This document shows, piece after piece, positions 25,593 to 37,891 of a DNA stretch of 42,058 nt. The translations under genes were made by a program, and so were the position numbers. Positions within the stretch are counted from its first letter, which is position 1; every line of letters begins with the position of its first letter. The notes beneath the pieces were generated by a model. The model did no database searches and was not told the origin of the DNA. It was given only the letters and a program-made list of their open reading frames with translations. The stretch spans positions 1-42,058 of the forward strand of contig MU271558.1 in assembly GCA_021432655.1 (NCBI GenBank). Direction: 5' to 3'. This DNA is from Atractiella rhizophila. Its lineage: Eukaryota.

Positions 25593-26629
25593 CTACCAAT
25601 CGCCAAGCGAAGACGACATTCTCTCCTCCCACCTGTTCCGGAAACATCAGTGTGAGAATCAGTAATATGTCGCCGAGGAGGAAGGAAAGACAACTGGGAT
25701 GGGAGCCGAACATACATATCGCTTTGATGTGAATCGAATGCCCACCAATTCCTCTTTGGCGCAACCGGTTTCTCTTCGGGTACTTGTATCGGGCTAGCCC
25801 TCCTCGTTTGCATCGGGGTCTCTTCCTCCAGCTCCAACTCCAGCGCATTCTCCCTCAACTTCTCCAGAGCAAGGGATGCAATAGCCATCTTCATCACAGG
25901 TCCCACAGGTTGAAATCCTCCTTCTATTTCCCTTCTTATAGTTCCTTCGGCCTGCCGAAAAGCGAGCAACTTATGATCCACCACTTGCGCATTAAGCTCC
26001 GCGTAATCGCCCACTAATGAATCTTGAGATAGAGGAATGACTGCGTTGGGAGTAGGGGCGGGAGATGGTGGTTGCGATGAGGTGTCTCCTTCCGAATCAG
26101 ATTCGAAGGTGCCTTTGTCAGAGGCAGAAGATGATGATGACGGGGCAGGGAAAGAGGACGTCGCATAAGTCGACGGCGCGAGGACTGATGAGGCGTACGA
26201 GGAGGCATAGTTCGATTCTGGGGCATTGATAATAGCTGCAACGGTCGAAGCAGAGGTAGACGGTTGGTTGGGCTCAGAAAGATCGGAACAACAAGAAGGT
26301 GCAGAGGGAGGAGAATGTAGGTTCATCAACAGCCATCGCACATTCTCAATCGTCCGTTGGCTCTCCGAGACCTGCCTCAACAATTTCCGGTTCCTGCCTC
26401 GTTTTTCCTTCTCCTCCTCGTCCTCTTCTTCAAACACGTCCTCCAGGAAGACCGCATCGAGCTTCTTTTGGACCTCCTTCTCCCGCTCACGCTCCAGTTC
26501 CCCTTCGTATTCCGTCAATAGGGACTGATAGTTCTCGAGGAGAGACGTAGTAAGAGGATATCTATCAGGAATTGTAGGACACAGCGGTTGGGCAGGGGAA
26601 GTGGTCTGGAGTGAAAAAGGAATCGACAT
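25593..26629 (-). CDS. Hypothetical protein (coiled coil plus Ser-rich disordered region)
   Basis: Long ATG ORF. A GTATGT...CAG intron near 25715-25634 gives a C-terminus DMWEERMSSSLGDW*. Unspliced, the ORF ends at 25511. Confidence 0.65.
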
Positions 26630-27456
26630 CTTCGCTGCTAATATTCGGTGGCTGACAGGGGATGACCGTACTGAAGTTGAGAGCCGAGATGGCAGAATAT
26701 ATAGGATATCGGTCTGGTCCCGAAGACGGATGCCACGATCAACTAAAGATCTTGTCTAATAGAAATGAGCAGGGAGCGAATAAAGCTTACAATAGTAACA
26801 ACACAAGAGTCTTGACCTTGTTCCTCGATTCTCTCATCAAAGAAATTTGAGGAGTCCGTTCGGGATTACAGAGCAATCGGTTGCGTCCCGATAGCTCGCC
26901 TCCTCGATAGCGAGCTGGAATCTCTGTCAGGGGCTGTAGCGGGGGTACGATGGCGAATGGTGATGGCCAGAACGGAGGAAAACGAAAGGGTCGAATAGTC
27001 GAAGGGGACGTTATAAATCTTGTGGCACGTTCTCCATCAACTTTGTTTCCCTATTCCAGTTGCCCTCAATAAAGCTGGTCGTTTAAACAAGGACAGGAAG
27101 AACCTGTTGCTAATCAAGTGCGGAACGTGAAAGCGGGAGGCCGGTGTTAGTTCGGTTATAATCCGAGTTCTTAGTCTGAGTCCTATCAAAGGCGGAGCAC
27201 TCCGTATTTCAACGCTGGAGCGCTGGAGAGCTGGCCTATGAGCATGAGCATGGCGGATAGACCTTTGCGCAGCAACACAAGCTGTAGTGATATGTCGAAA
27301 CATTAAGATGCCAATTCCTAAAATTATTGTGCTGTTGACATGCTTCCACTTTCCATCCAATTTTCTCAATGCTCAAGACCCCAACGTCCCGAATCATAGT
27401 ACCTTTGGGCTATGTTAGACTTCTCCAACGTGCAAACATCGAAGGAAGTTTCAACA

Positions 27457-28384
27457 TCAATCGGCCTCCCTCTCTGCGATCGGATTGGCGTGAATCGTTA
27501 TCTTTGACAATTGCTCAGCTTGATACGCAAAAGGTAGGAGCTGACGAACAGAATTCAGCTTGATCTCCACCGTCGGTCGATACTTTTCACCCACCGGCGT
27601 ACGTTCCATCGCATCCAATGTTGTTTCCGCGCCATCAATCACTCTGTACATCAGACGAACATTTCGATCCTCAGTATGAGAAAGGATGACATGATATAAA
27701 GAAAATGCGTACTTCCCAAATATTGTATACTTGGCATCGAGATGGTTCTGTTTAGCATATGTGACGAAGAACTGGCTTTTGTTCGTGTCTGGGCCAGAGT
27801 TTGCCATTGCCACCATTCCTCGAGCGCTGAACTATCACAGGGAAGTGTAGTCAGTCTATCATCTCTGCTCTGGAAAAGAAATACTTTGAGAGTTGATCGG
27901 ATCTCATCGTTAAATGCCTTCCCCCAAATGGACTGGCCACCTTTTCCTGTGCCAGTCGGGTCACCTGTCTTGTTTATTTCAGCATCCATAATTTATGAAG
28001 CATGAGAGAGGTACTTGAATCATAAACCCCTTTATATTTCTTTTTAATAGTCAGCCTAGCTATCATGTTTTCGAACTCGCAAGAGGACAACGAACCGATG
28101 CCACAAACATCCATCGTAATATCCTGATGCGCAAAGCGCAAGAAAGTTCTACTGTCACTCTATTAGTCCTTTATACCCGGTAGATCAAAGGAAAGGACAT
28201 ACTTCAGCTGTCTTTGGAACGGTTTCGCAGAACACTTCAATCTCAAAGAAAACTCAGTTTGGATTTGGACGAGGAACTCGGAGTAGAACGTACTTTGAGA
28301 TCTCCGAGCGATGTATGGAGAGTCACGGACTATATAATCGTGTGTTAGTGGAAATCATATGCGGGAAAGGGTAGTACTTACCAT
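27457..28384 (-). CDS. PPIL3: Peptidyl-prolyl cis-trans isomerase-like 3 (cyclophilin)
   Basis: Nine exons, including an ATG-only first coding exon, give [19 protein letters not shown]...[11 protein letters not shown]...[26 protein letters not shown]...[14 protein letters not shown]...ITIHANPIA. Confidence 0.95.
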
Positions 28385-30254
28385 TTCGTTTTGTGCAGTT
28401 GACTGCTTACTTCAATGCAATGAAAATTGAAGAATGAGACGAGCCGTGCACGTGACTTGAATCTTTAAGTTTGGAGAGGAAATACGGAGCAGGGAGAGGT
28501 GTTGTTTCCAATGACATTGAGAGTGCTTCCTGATGGAGCAGATCCTGGGTATGAGAAGGGCTGTAAATAAATGGAAATGCCGAGTGTGAGCCGAGTTCCT
28601 GCAAACAAGTCCAGCTCTTGCAATGTGCCGAATCATTATATCATCATGAAAAGTAACTGCGTGGCTGTTTTGCTTAAAGTACCTCTAATATCCCAGCATC
28701 ACTTCCAGATTATTCACGCCTTATGCGAACGTCACTGTATTAGTAGAGCAACCGTGACCGCTTATTGCTACTAGTTATCGAATATGCATAAGAATGGTGG
28801 GAAAAGTGCGTTTAATGGATTGTATTACGCTTTTTCCTTCAGCTCGTTGTTCTGTTTTGTAAGACGTAGAAGGCGTCGAGGAATTCTCATCCGAACAACT
28901 TTTGCAACCAGGCTAAATACCATTATGAATTGTGAAGTGCTTGCATCATGGCATATCTGTGCCTCGGATTGTCAACTACCCGACGTTGAAGGGTGACGGT
29001 CATTGTGGATTCCAGTACAAAACGAATCTCTTTATTTCTGAGCACACATGCGCGCTTTAAATAAACTAACAATGGAAGAATGCTAGTTGCTGCACCAGGA
29101 GCAGAAATAGTTATTTCAGGCCAACAAAAAGGCTGCATAGCTCGGATAGGGGTTTCGCATATATATATTAGAACGGATTGAAAAGGCGGAATTCCGCTGG
29201 GCATGTACAGCGAGGCGGATACCACGAGACTAATTTCACGAGGTAAGGAGCAAGATAGCCGCCCTAGATTCATCAGCAACACTTTTAGTTACATTTCATT
29301 TTTCAAGAGAAACTCGAAAGCTTACGGAATAGGAGAGAAATGGGCATCAACCAGCTGGTCAGTAATACAGGTTGCAGCTGTCTTCGGCGACATCTCCACC
29401 CCATCCGCTTACATTTGGGTTCGACGTGGAAGTAGATACACTATTGTCAAGACGATAGTGTAACATGCGATTGCGAGAAACGATGAGCTTACACCCCAAG
29501 ATTAGAGCTGTAAATGTCAGCAACCACTAATGCCAAGGATTTGAAGAAATGGTAGATGAGAAGGGCCGGCTAACCCATCAACAAACTTTAATTTCGGGTC
29601 ATAGAGACTCTTACGATAGGGCTAATGAATATTCACGAATGTTAGTCAATGGTGAGGTGGATAGATCAAATGAGATAGCTTCGTAGAAGACGTGTTGGAC
29701 AGACAAGTTTGACCGGTCGATCTCGCTTTGCGACTGCAACGCCATATTATTTGTTAATTTCTCAACAGTTGAACATGTTTGAGAAGGATAGTATTCACCG
29801 TGTTTCTAGTAGAGTTACGGACAAGGGGATCAGGATCACCTGTGCCCGCCTGCGGAAGGGGCGAAGCGTTGGCACAGGCTGGTCTTCACTTGTTTCCCCT
29901 GTAATCGCTTCATTAAATTTCCACATCAACAGATCAAGCATCTGTGTGACGCAAGAGAAGAAGAATTGAGCAGAAGGTTAGGCAGTAGCCTGAGGAACCT
30001 GCGTGGGAGCACAGTTACAACGGTTGACGCTGGAATAGAAGCCAAGTCCTAATATGCGGAGGAGAGGGCAAATGCGGAAGCGTGTTACTGTAAGTGTTGG
30101 GACAAAATGGGCATAACCGAAGCACTCGTCATCTGATATCGCCAACCAATTCCAGTCTTGCGAAAGAAGCATAGTGTTGACGTGACCAGTGACACTTTGC
30201 CCAGATGATGTTGTGAAGACCGAATACATTGGTTCTACATCGATCTAAATACCA

Positions 30255-32495
30255 TCACGTATTGGAACTCTTCAACCTCTTGCTGCTGTCTCTTTCTATC
30301 GTCACCCCTCTCCTCTTAGAACCTTGTGTCTCGCGAGAAACCGCCCCGTCCTCCCGACCCCGCCAAGTTCTGGTCTCATCCATTAGAGCTCGTCGTAGCA
30401 ATTCCCTCATAAAGGTGTGAGTAGCCATCTGACCAATCATACTATCAATCAGCTGCTTTTCTTCAGCTGCCGGGATTGCTGGGAGCCGTATGAGTCTCTG
30501 AAGATTGCGAGTTTGAGCTACCAAGTCGCCAGGGGTGACCAAACGGTAAGAAAGGTCGAGGAAGAGATCCTGGAGTACTTGGTCAAGCTCGAGAGTGTTG
30601 ACCTTGAGTGCGCCAGCACCGCTTGTTATGATTCCATTTCGGCCCGTAACTGTCGACTCAATGCTGTTCTGCATTCTGTCGAACGGAAGAAGTAAAGATC
30701 TTCGGTCTTCATCTGACAATTCGCTTTGCGCGTATGATATAACGGTCCAGATCAGGACGTAAACGAATGACTCAATATCGTCTTCAGTGTCGTGTCGGAT
30801 GGTCTGTTTTGAGTGGATTGCCCGCAAGAGTCGATGAGACATGAACTCGTAAGTGCCCTGTTCCACCATGAACTACGACATGTATTATTAAGAGAACCAA
30901 CCGTTCGCTCAAGTGAAGCAACGGGATCGCTTTTCTTCTTCGCGAACTCCCAATCGATTAAATACCCCTTCGGTTCTTCTTCAACTGGGCCAAGAATGAT
31001 GTTGCCGAATGAGACATCACGGTGCAGCATGCCGAGATTGTCCCAAGCAGCAAGTGAGCTGTAGCCCACCCATGACGCTTTAGTTATACATCCGATGAAG
31101 ACGGGAGCAAGCGCACCTTCAAAAGCGTCTGAGAATCCTTTCACGAGCTCATAACTAGACCTAAATTTATTGAGCGACCGTCCGACTTTATTCAAAACAA
31201 GTCGATAGTGGACCATCTCCCTTTTATCTTTATCGTCCGCCGATAGCTTGACACGTTGGAATTTGCCCGTTACATCACCTTCGGCAACAACCTGGAGAAT
31301 ATTTGGGACTTTATGCGCGTGTAACTCAGGGTAGACTTCGCCTTCCGAACGGTATTCGGAATGTCGCCAGGTATCTTTGAGCAAGACGAGTCGTTTCTGT
31401 TCGGGGTCGTAAGCCTCGAAACACCTTGTTCCTCGACCGACGGGTTGATTGTGACGAAAGATGAAGGGATCCGAAATATAGAACGCCTTGTTTTGTACCA
31501 TCACTTTGAAGATTGGCTTCCCCACTATAACGTTGAGCTTCGTCTTAGCCTCTTCAGCATCGTCGTCGCCCTCAAGAGGATCCTGCATCGTCGTGTCGTG
31601 TCCCCTTTCGGCATCGTTCGCGTGTGTAAAGCGCCAAAAGACTTTGCGGAGGTGTGGCGTCGCGACGTAGTCGAACAAAGGGGTCACAAGGAAGCCAGCA
31701 CGGGAGTGACAGAGAAGACGAGCCGAGTGTTGGCTAACATAGAAAGAGAAAACTCTCGTTCTTTGTTGGGAAGAAAGAATGACGCTGCTGTAAATGGTGA
31801 GTTGACCACGCGCCCCTTTCGCTGTCTGTGAGCTGCCTTCTATCACTCTGACATCCTTCTCAATCTTCTCGTCGCGAAAAGGTTCATCCTTACGCGCCTT
31901 CTTGAACTCGCCAAACGACTCCGCTTTCTTCATGACTGTACCTGTCCCCAAGCGATCACTATAGAGGACCAGATCGGGTTTGACCCCAACGACTCCGAGC
32001 ACTGGAAAGAAATCCCTGTCGGTCTTGTCGTTGGTGTTGACGAGCTTCCAGGTTTCTTTGATGAAAGGCTGCATATACTTTATCTATTAAAGTGATATAT
32101 TCGAAAAAGATAATTGGAAGAGACCAATGCACTCACAAAGGGATTGTAATGAGTGGTTTCCGGACCTGACACATCTGGCACTGGGTAGGGACTGTCGTCT
32201 GGCATGTCCTCGTCCCAGTCGCACGGCAGCATGTCAAGAAATTCTTCCACAGACACTGTAGCGTATTTTCCCTTCAAATCGCCGCAGACGAATCGTAGGC
32301 AGCCTCGTTCTCTGTCGCCGGAATGCTTTGGCCGTCATGATGGGAGCTGCTGGCTAGCCGCTTCGGAGTCTCTTTTGTCTGAGCAGATTTGGAGGCAGGG
32401 TTGGCAGAGGTACCCGCTGGAGGGGTAGAAGGGCGGGCATTAGTAGCCATTGGTTGATCAGTAACGGGAGGATTGGGAGCCATCAATGGGATCAT
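30255..32495 (-). pseudogene. Second fungal-type protein kinase (FunK1), with two apparent 1-nt deletions as given
   Basis: KPDLVLY, VGRGTRCF, LLKDTWR, HYRLVL, HRDVSFGNIIL, IDWEFAK, RT|GTYEFMS and DDIESFVYVL. Same three intron positions as the first kinase. Frame breaks near 32292 and 31054. Confidence 0.85.
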
Positions 32496-32945
32496 ATTTA
32501 TAACTTGGGTCGTTATGTCGTTCGTTCTTTGTTAAGAGAATGTCTTTCTCCGGCCTTTGTGTCTTTCTCTGGCCTCTGTCCTTTGTCCTAAGCGTTACAA
32601 CGCATCAACCAGCATCAACATAAAGGTTCACAAGTACCATGCTAAGCAGGGAATGATAACAAAGAGGCTGCATCACTTCAGATAATGCATCTGACAGTGA
32701 CAGCATAATGGTCTCTCTTCCTCAACGATTTTCTTCCCAAAAAATTTCCTTCAATGCAAAAGAACGCTGTATGCGGTACTTCTAACCTAGTTGACAACGG
32801 TCTGTCCTGTGCTCTCATGAAGTTTCGCTGGTAGAATCATTGTGGTCGAGCTTTGGCTTTTCCAGATTTATTTGATACCATGGCTATACCAGTTTGTTCT
32901 CGGTCTAGTTGCTTAAATTATAAATAATATACCACCCTAATTATC

Positions 32946-34772
32946 ATGCTGTTTGCGCCTGTTTGTGCGCGACATCTCGCATTCACGTTTCCTGTCCGTC
33001 CAATTGACGGCGAAGGAACGAAGCGAGAGCGCAGATATCTTAATGGTATTAGGCAGCAATGGACTCGGATGTGCGCCCCTCCGTCTAGGAGTAAAGTTGA
33101 AAGCCGACTGACTATTTCCGTTATTGTAAAGGTTGTCACCGATGAAGCATCCAGCTTGGTGTCACTTTCTCCAGTATTGAACCAAGAACGACGACCTTTA
33201 ATTCGCTATAAACAGTTCTACTCTGACAGAAGTCTATTTGACGTAACTTGCACCGAATCCTTCCACGCGCTGACGAACATACGAGCGATAAAGTTGTACA
33301 GCTGCGATCGTGACTGTGACGAGAGTCTTTTTGCATACTTCTCATTGCACTTTATTGTGCAATATGTATATGACGAAGAAACACATTTTCTGTCCTGCCT
33401 GGAGAACGTGGAAGAGGATATTCCGATGGCCCTTGCAATTTTCTCGGTCCCAATTAGTCATGAAGTGAAGGACCCTGAGAGGTGTGTTGTCGTAATGTCG
33501 CACCGGATCACAGATCCTTTTGATGCAGATGCAGATATTTATGAATATTTGGAAAATTCTATCGAGCCGTGGATGATGGATTCTGTGAATGTGGATTGTC
33601 GTAAGGAATTGGAAGAGCTCTTGGAGCACTGCACAAAGCTTGATTCTATACCACTAACAGATCTTCGTCAATACTCCGCCGATGACTTAGGTTTTTATGG
33701 GACCATTGGCTTATTTACCGTTAAGACGGTATCGATACCCACTTTGCCAATCGAGTTGTTGGATCTCATTTTGGACGATGTCTATCATATCTCGCGTTAC
33801 TCGCTGGAGGAAGTATGGCAGGAAGAATTTTCGAACTACAGCTCAGTGTGCCGTGTCTGGCGGGAACTACTCAAGGCCAGGTCGTATGAATTCCATCATG
33901 CGCGACAGAAGCTCGCATTTTTCAAGCGAATTCCCGTTTTCCAGAAACATTGGTCCAGCCTGCATTACGATCATTCCGATTTGAAGAACAATGTCAGCCT
34001 TAATATGGTGATTTTGACTGTCAGGATATATCAGCCACTCGTGTCCAGCTTATCTCTCGTTTATCCCTTGCTGAAGGAACGCTCGCTGTTGTTTGGGCTA
34101 GCGGATCTCAATACCATTAAGACCTTGAATTTGATTGGTTGGGACGAGTTCACGGTTATCTATTTCTTGCTCAACAGCCGATCGCGCCGAAATCTTTCTT
34201 GGATTGAACTCAAAAAAATGCATACACCTCTCAGCTCAGTGCATGCTACCGAAGACGATCTTGAACACATGGCGCTTCGTCGCCTTCTGATTGAATTTGC
34301 CAGCGGATTTTTCATGACTTCTTTCTTTGATGTCACTGTTCAGACCGCAGAGCTACACATTTATCCTCATTCCCCAATCTCTACATTCTCTGTTCAACAG
34401 CTGCAAGCCCTCAAGGCATTCACAATAAAGTATGCAGAGGACTCGGCCTTCGACGTCACCCAAGTTGCGTTTGACAAGCCTTTGATGGTACCCAACTGTC
34501 AGCTTAGCTGGTTGTCTATCGATGGAGGGCACGAAAACAGCAATATATTGCCAGAGGACTTCTTTCAACGAATCAACGAGGGTAGACTGCGCCACCTTTA
34601 CCTAAGCTATTGCCTCTTTAGTTTCCATGAATTTCTTGATTTCATTAGAGTTTTCTTCCGAGCAAAACAGTCTGATGAAGTTAAGATCATACTTTTTTAT
34701 GGACAATGGACTGATGACGAAGCACTGCGTGCGAAAGAAATTGGGGGGGAGCAGCTAGCATTTAATGAGTAG
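32946..34772 (+). CDS. Intronless F-box-like / LRR-like protein
   Basis: 608-codon ORF with an internal F-box-like motif PTLPIELLDLILDDV...YSSVCRVWREL followed by LxxLxL-type repeats (IKTLNL, LSWIEL, LRRLLI, LSWLSI, LRHLYL). The true start may be a later ATG. Confidence 0.75.
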   Translation: MLFAPVCARHLAFTFPVRPIDGEGTKRERRYLNGIRQQWTRMCAPPSRSKVESRLTISVIVKVVTDEASSLVSLSPVLNQERRPLIRYKQFYSDRSLFDVTCTESFHALTNIRAIKLYSCDRDCDESLFAYFSLHFIVQYVYDEETHFLSCLENVEEDIPMALAIFSVPISHEVKDPERCVVVMSHRITDPFDADADIYEYLENSIEPWMMDSVNVDCRKELEELLEHCTKLDSIPLTDLRQYSADDLGFYGTIGLFTVKTVSIPTLPIELLDLILDDVYHISRYSLEEVWQEEFSNYSSVCRVWRELLKARSYEFHHARQKLAFFKRIPVFQKHWSSLHYDHSDLKNNVSLNMVILTVRIYQPLVSSLSLVYPLLKERSLLFGLADLNTIKTLNLIGWDEFTVIYFLLNSRSRRNLSWIELKKMHTPLSSVHATEDDLEHMALRRLLIEFASGFFMTSFFDVTVQTAELHIYPHSPISTFSVQQLQALKAFTIKYAEDSAFDVTQVAFDKPLMVPNCQLSWLSIDGGHENSNILPEDFFQRINEGRLRHLYLSYCLFSFHEFLDFIRVFFRAKQSDEVKIILFYGQWTDDEALRAKEIGGEQLAFNE

Positions 34773-35239
34773 ATAGCTTGAATGCTCTTGACGGCAAGAG
34801 TTATTGTTATGCGAAATGAAGTACGGCACTAGTCTAAATGAAACTGAGTTCGATTCTGCAGTCCTTTCTCCTTGTGTATCTGTTGTAGACACTGATTTTG
34901 CTTTTCGAAGAAAGGTCTGCGTAATTCCTCATGGTGGAGTAACTTGAACCCTTAGTGAGCAGCGATAAATGGAGACTTTAAGCTCGCAAATAACACGTGA
35001 GCTGTGAACTGGGCGTTCAGAACCAGATTGTATTAATAACTTTCGGTTAACTTGAATTCGGCTTCAGCTTCAGCTATGTTGCGCAGTAGCCAACCCAAGC
35101 CAACTCATGCTTCGGACTCTGAAGTTGCGTATGATGCTCTCGTTGAGTAAGGCTGCGTGGAAGGGGAACATTGGCAGTTCATTGGTTGTGATGGTCCGAG
35201 CGCACAAGGATGAGAGCGTGATGTTGAAACGAGCCGGAT

Positions 35240-35383
35240 CTGGATCCACAGCGTACATGAAGATGGTGGTCAAAACGCTGTCTACAATGCAAAAAACACT
35301 ACATACCTACCTGGATCCACAGCGTACACGAAGATGGTGGTCAAAACGCTGTGGATCCAGAAGGCAAGACCCTAACCCTAACC
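35240..35383 (+). repeat. 42-bp direct repeat, 15-bp perfect hairpin and interstitial telomeric repeat
   Basis: 35240-35281 repeats at 35311-35352 with one mismatch. CTGGATCCACAGCGT (35311-35325) is the reverse complement of 35346-35360. ACCCTAACCCTAACC lies at 35369-35383. Confidence 0.9.
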
Positions 35384-36503
35384 GCAACTTGTAGAAGCAC
35401 CGAAAGCATGCTGAGTGCCTAATGAGAGCCATATCTCTCACACGTGATACACAGAATGGTCGCAGAGGTCTGCGACATGCAGAGCAGGCTACGAGAAACT
35501 GAACACCTCAAAATGAGCAGAAGGAGAATCATTCAACGTTGTATACAAGTATGTGGCATTGGGATATCACAAAGGAGGTTAATTATGCAGGAATTGTGTA
35601 CTACAGACCATTCATGGAGGAATCTAGGAGGAACAACGTGGCTTTTGTACTAAATCAATTGTGCGAACGCAAATATTAGGACTTTTGACATCACCACAGG
35701 ATTTGATATGAATCCGACATGAATCCTTCAGAACTCATCAGTACTGCAAATTCGTCTAATCCTCGACCACCCATTCATCTGAGCATTCACGATTCACCCT
35801 ATGTGCAACATGAGTTCTCACGATCTGTCCGGCTCTGGTCCGTATTTTTGAAGTGATCTGAGTGGCAATCGGGCTTCCTTAGTGGCAAAGTCGTTGCTCC
35901 CACGGTTATGTGAAGGAGACACTTGACCACATGCTTTGAAAAGCTTTGCTACTCAAGCCGGCGGAGTTGGGCAAGGTTCGAAGCACAGTTATAACAGAGA
36001 CTGAGGGGATATGCACAGGATTTTGGAGAGTTTATGTGTATACTTGAAATCTTTGGATCTAATCAGGTTCCGATGAGCATGAGCGGAGCCAAATTCAACA
36101 ATGGCCAATATTGGTATTTTCCCCATTTTTGGCACAAACGGTTTGAGCATGATTCAAAACAGCGAAAGCAAATCTCACCTACATTTATAGGACATGGAAA
36201 TTCATCCCACAGTATCAAACTGGACGGACCATTTATAGCTCCTACTAAAACACATCTAAGTCGCTTTTGAGTTTTCTAATTAGACAAATGTCGAGCGAGA
36301 TTTGGATTGGAAGGATATTGTCAGGTTTGCATCTTACGCAAATCGGCGCCCGTTCGCCACTGCGTCTCCCGTCGCCTATTTGCACGCAGTGCAAGTCGGC
36401 GCCTGTTCGCCCGTTCGCCCATTTGCACCTACATCACCACTTAGCCCAATTGTGCCTATCCTCCTCTTATTAACTCCGCGTAATCCCGCTGTCCCTTCCT
36501 TTT

Positions 36504-36720
36504 TAGTTATCTTACATGTTTCATCTGCTCTCCTCTACGCTCTGTGGCAGTGTTATTCCACTTGTATATATAGATCAGAGAGTAGTGGAGGTGACCTTAG
36601 AGTATTCTCTTAGGTTTATCTCCACTACAGGTTAGTCTTCATGTCATATCATGCTCTTAGGTTTATCTCCACTACAGACGCATCGCCTATCGGCGACCGC
36701 ACATAGTGTCAGCCCTAACA
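36504..36720 (+). repeat. Diverged direct repeat, copy A (contains a hairpin and a 24-bp internal duplication)
   Basis: Aligns with 37892-38060. CTCTTAGGTTTATCTCCACTACAG occurs at 36607-36630 and 36654-36677. Confidence 0.85.
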
Positions 36721-37891
36721 GATATGACTGGGCACGTATCACTAAGGGGGCAAGTACTGTCACACACCACCCATGACTGCAGCCTCAGAAGGCTCTACAG
36801 GACGTACGATGCATTGACTGGGCGCTCGCGAGGAGGAGCCTTATTCCATCTCACAGTCATATATCGGAATGTATGCTATCACTCATGTTAGATGTTGTTA
36901 GATGTTGAACACGGCGAGTGGTTTCGCAATCTTGTTTTACCAAGCGTGCTCGATTTGTCACTGTTATTCCGAAGCATATGGCACTTCACTGCTGAGCTGG
37001 ACTTATTAAGAATCCTTTCGGCTTCTGTCCCCTTTTCTTTTACCCAACCACTTTATTGCTTCTTTGCTCATCTCTCTGGTGTCGTGGTTGGGGAACCAGG
37101 TGGAACCAGAAACGATTCGCAAACACCAATTCTCACTACTCAAACCCATATCACTTCTTCACCAGAGTCCTGTTCCTTTTACACACCCCATTTCACGACC
37201 ACTCTCTGTTGGAGATCTGTGGATGTCACTTGTTTGTTCTATTTGCATTGTGTTCCAGATGCCATGCCAAACATGTGCACTTCACCGCTAGTCCGGACTT
37301 ATAAGTATGCTTGATGTGTTTTCTTTCCTTTTCTTTCTCCCCAATCACATATTCGTTTATATCATTTACACTCACTAATAAGTGATTGGGGATTGTTAGT
37401 GCAAAGTGGTAGAAAGTACATTTCTCACTCTCTCATTGTGCAAATCCAGTCCCCCTATGAAATACAGGTATCCGAATCCTCCTCCTCGTCCACATCTTCT
37501 GCCACTTGTTTCCAAATGGTGGCTGTAGGCGGGCAAACCCGGCCCAGGCTGCTTGATCAACGTGTGTGGCGCTTCTTGTATGAGATTTTTATTCAGGATG
37601 TGGAGGCAGAAGGAGCGTTTTGTCAGGCTTGCCCCTACGCATTACCAAAATGCACCATTTGAAGTCACGTGACCTACTTTTACCATGTCATAGGATCACG
37701 TGCCTGCCCATCGCCGCTTTGCTCACATTCACGCTGATCGCCGCCTTCCCTATCTCACACAAATCGCTGCTCAGCAAACCTTACACATTTCGCTGGTCTG
37801 CACCGCCTCCATTATTGCTTTATTGTCCTTTCTCACTTGTACTGCTCATTATGTCTTATTTCCGAGTATTCCCTTAATTGCTTTCCTGATC

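Noticed and set aside
26893..26920. HDV-ribozyme-like GCCTCCTCG loop
   Set aside because: P1/P2 arrangement, P1.1 and the catalytic cytosine are not correctly placed. Kept only as a generic structured element.
28407..30229. Short ORFs and intron-like signals between PPIL3 and kinase 2
   Set aside because: No coherent gene model or recognisable motifs.
32541..32578. Imperfect 19-bp tandem repeat upstream of kinase 2
   Set aside because: Short pyrimidine-rich duplication with no evidence of function and no match to the kinase 1 promoter.
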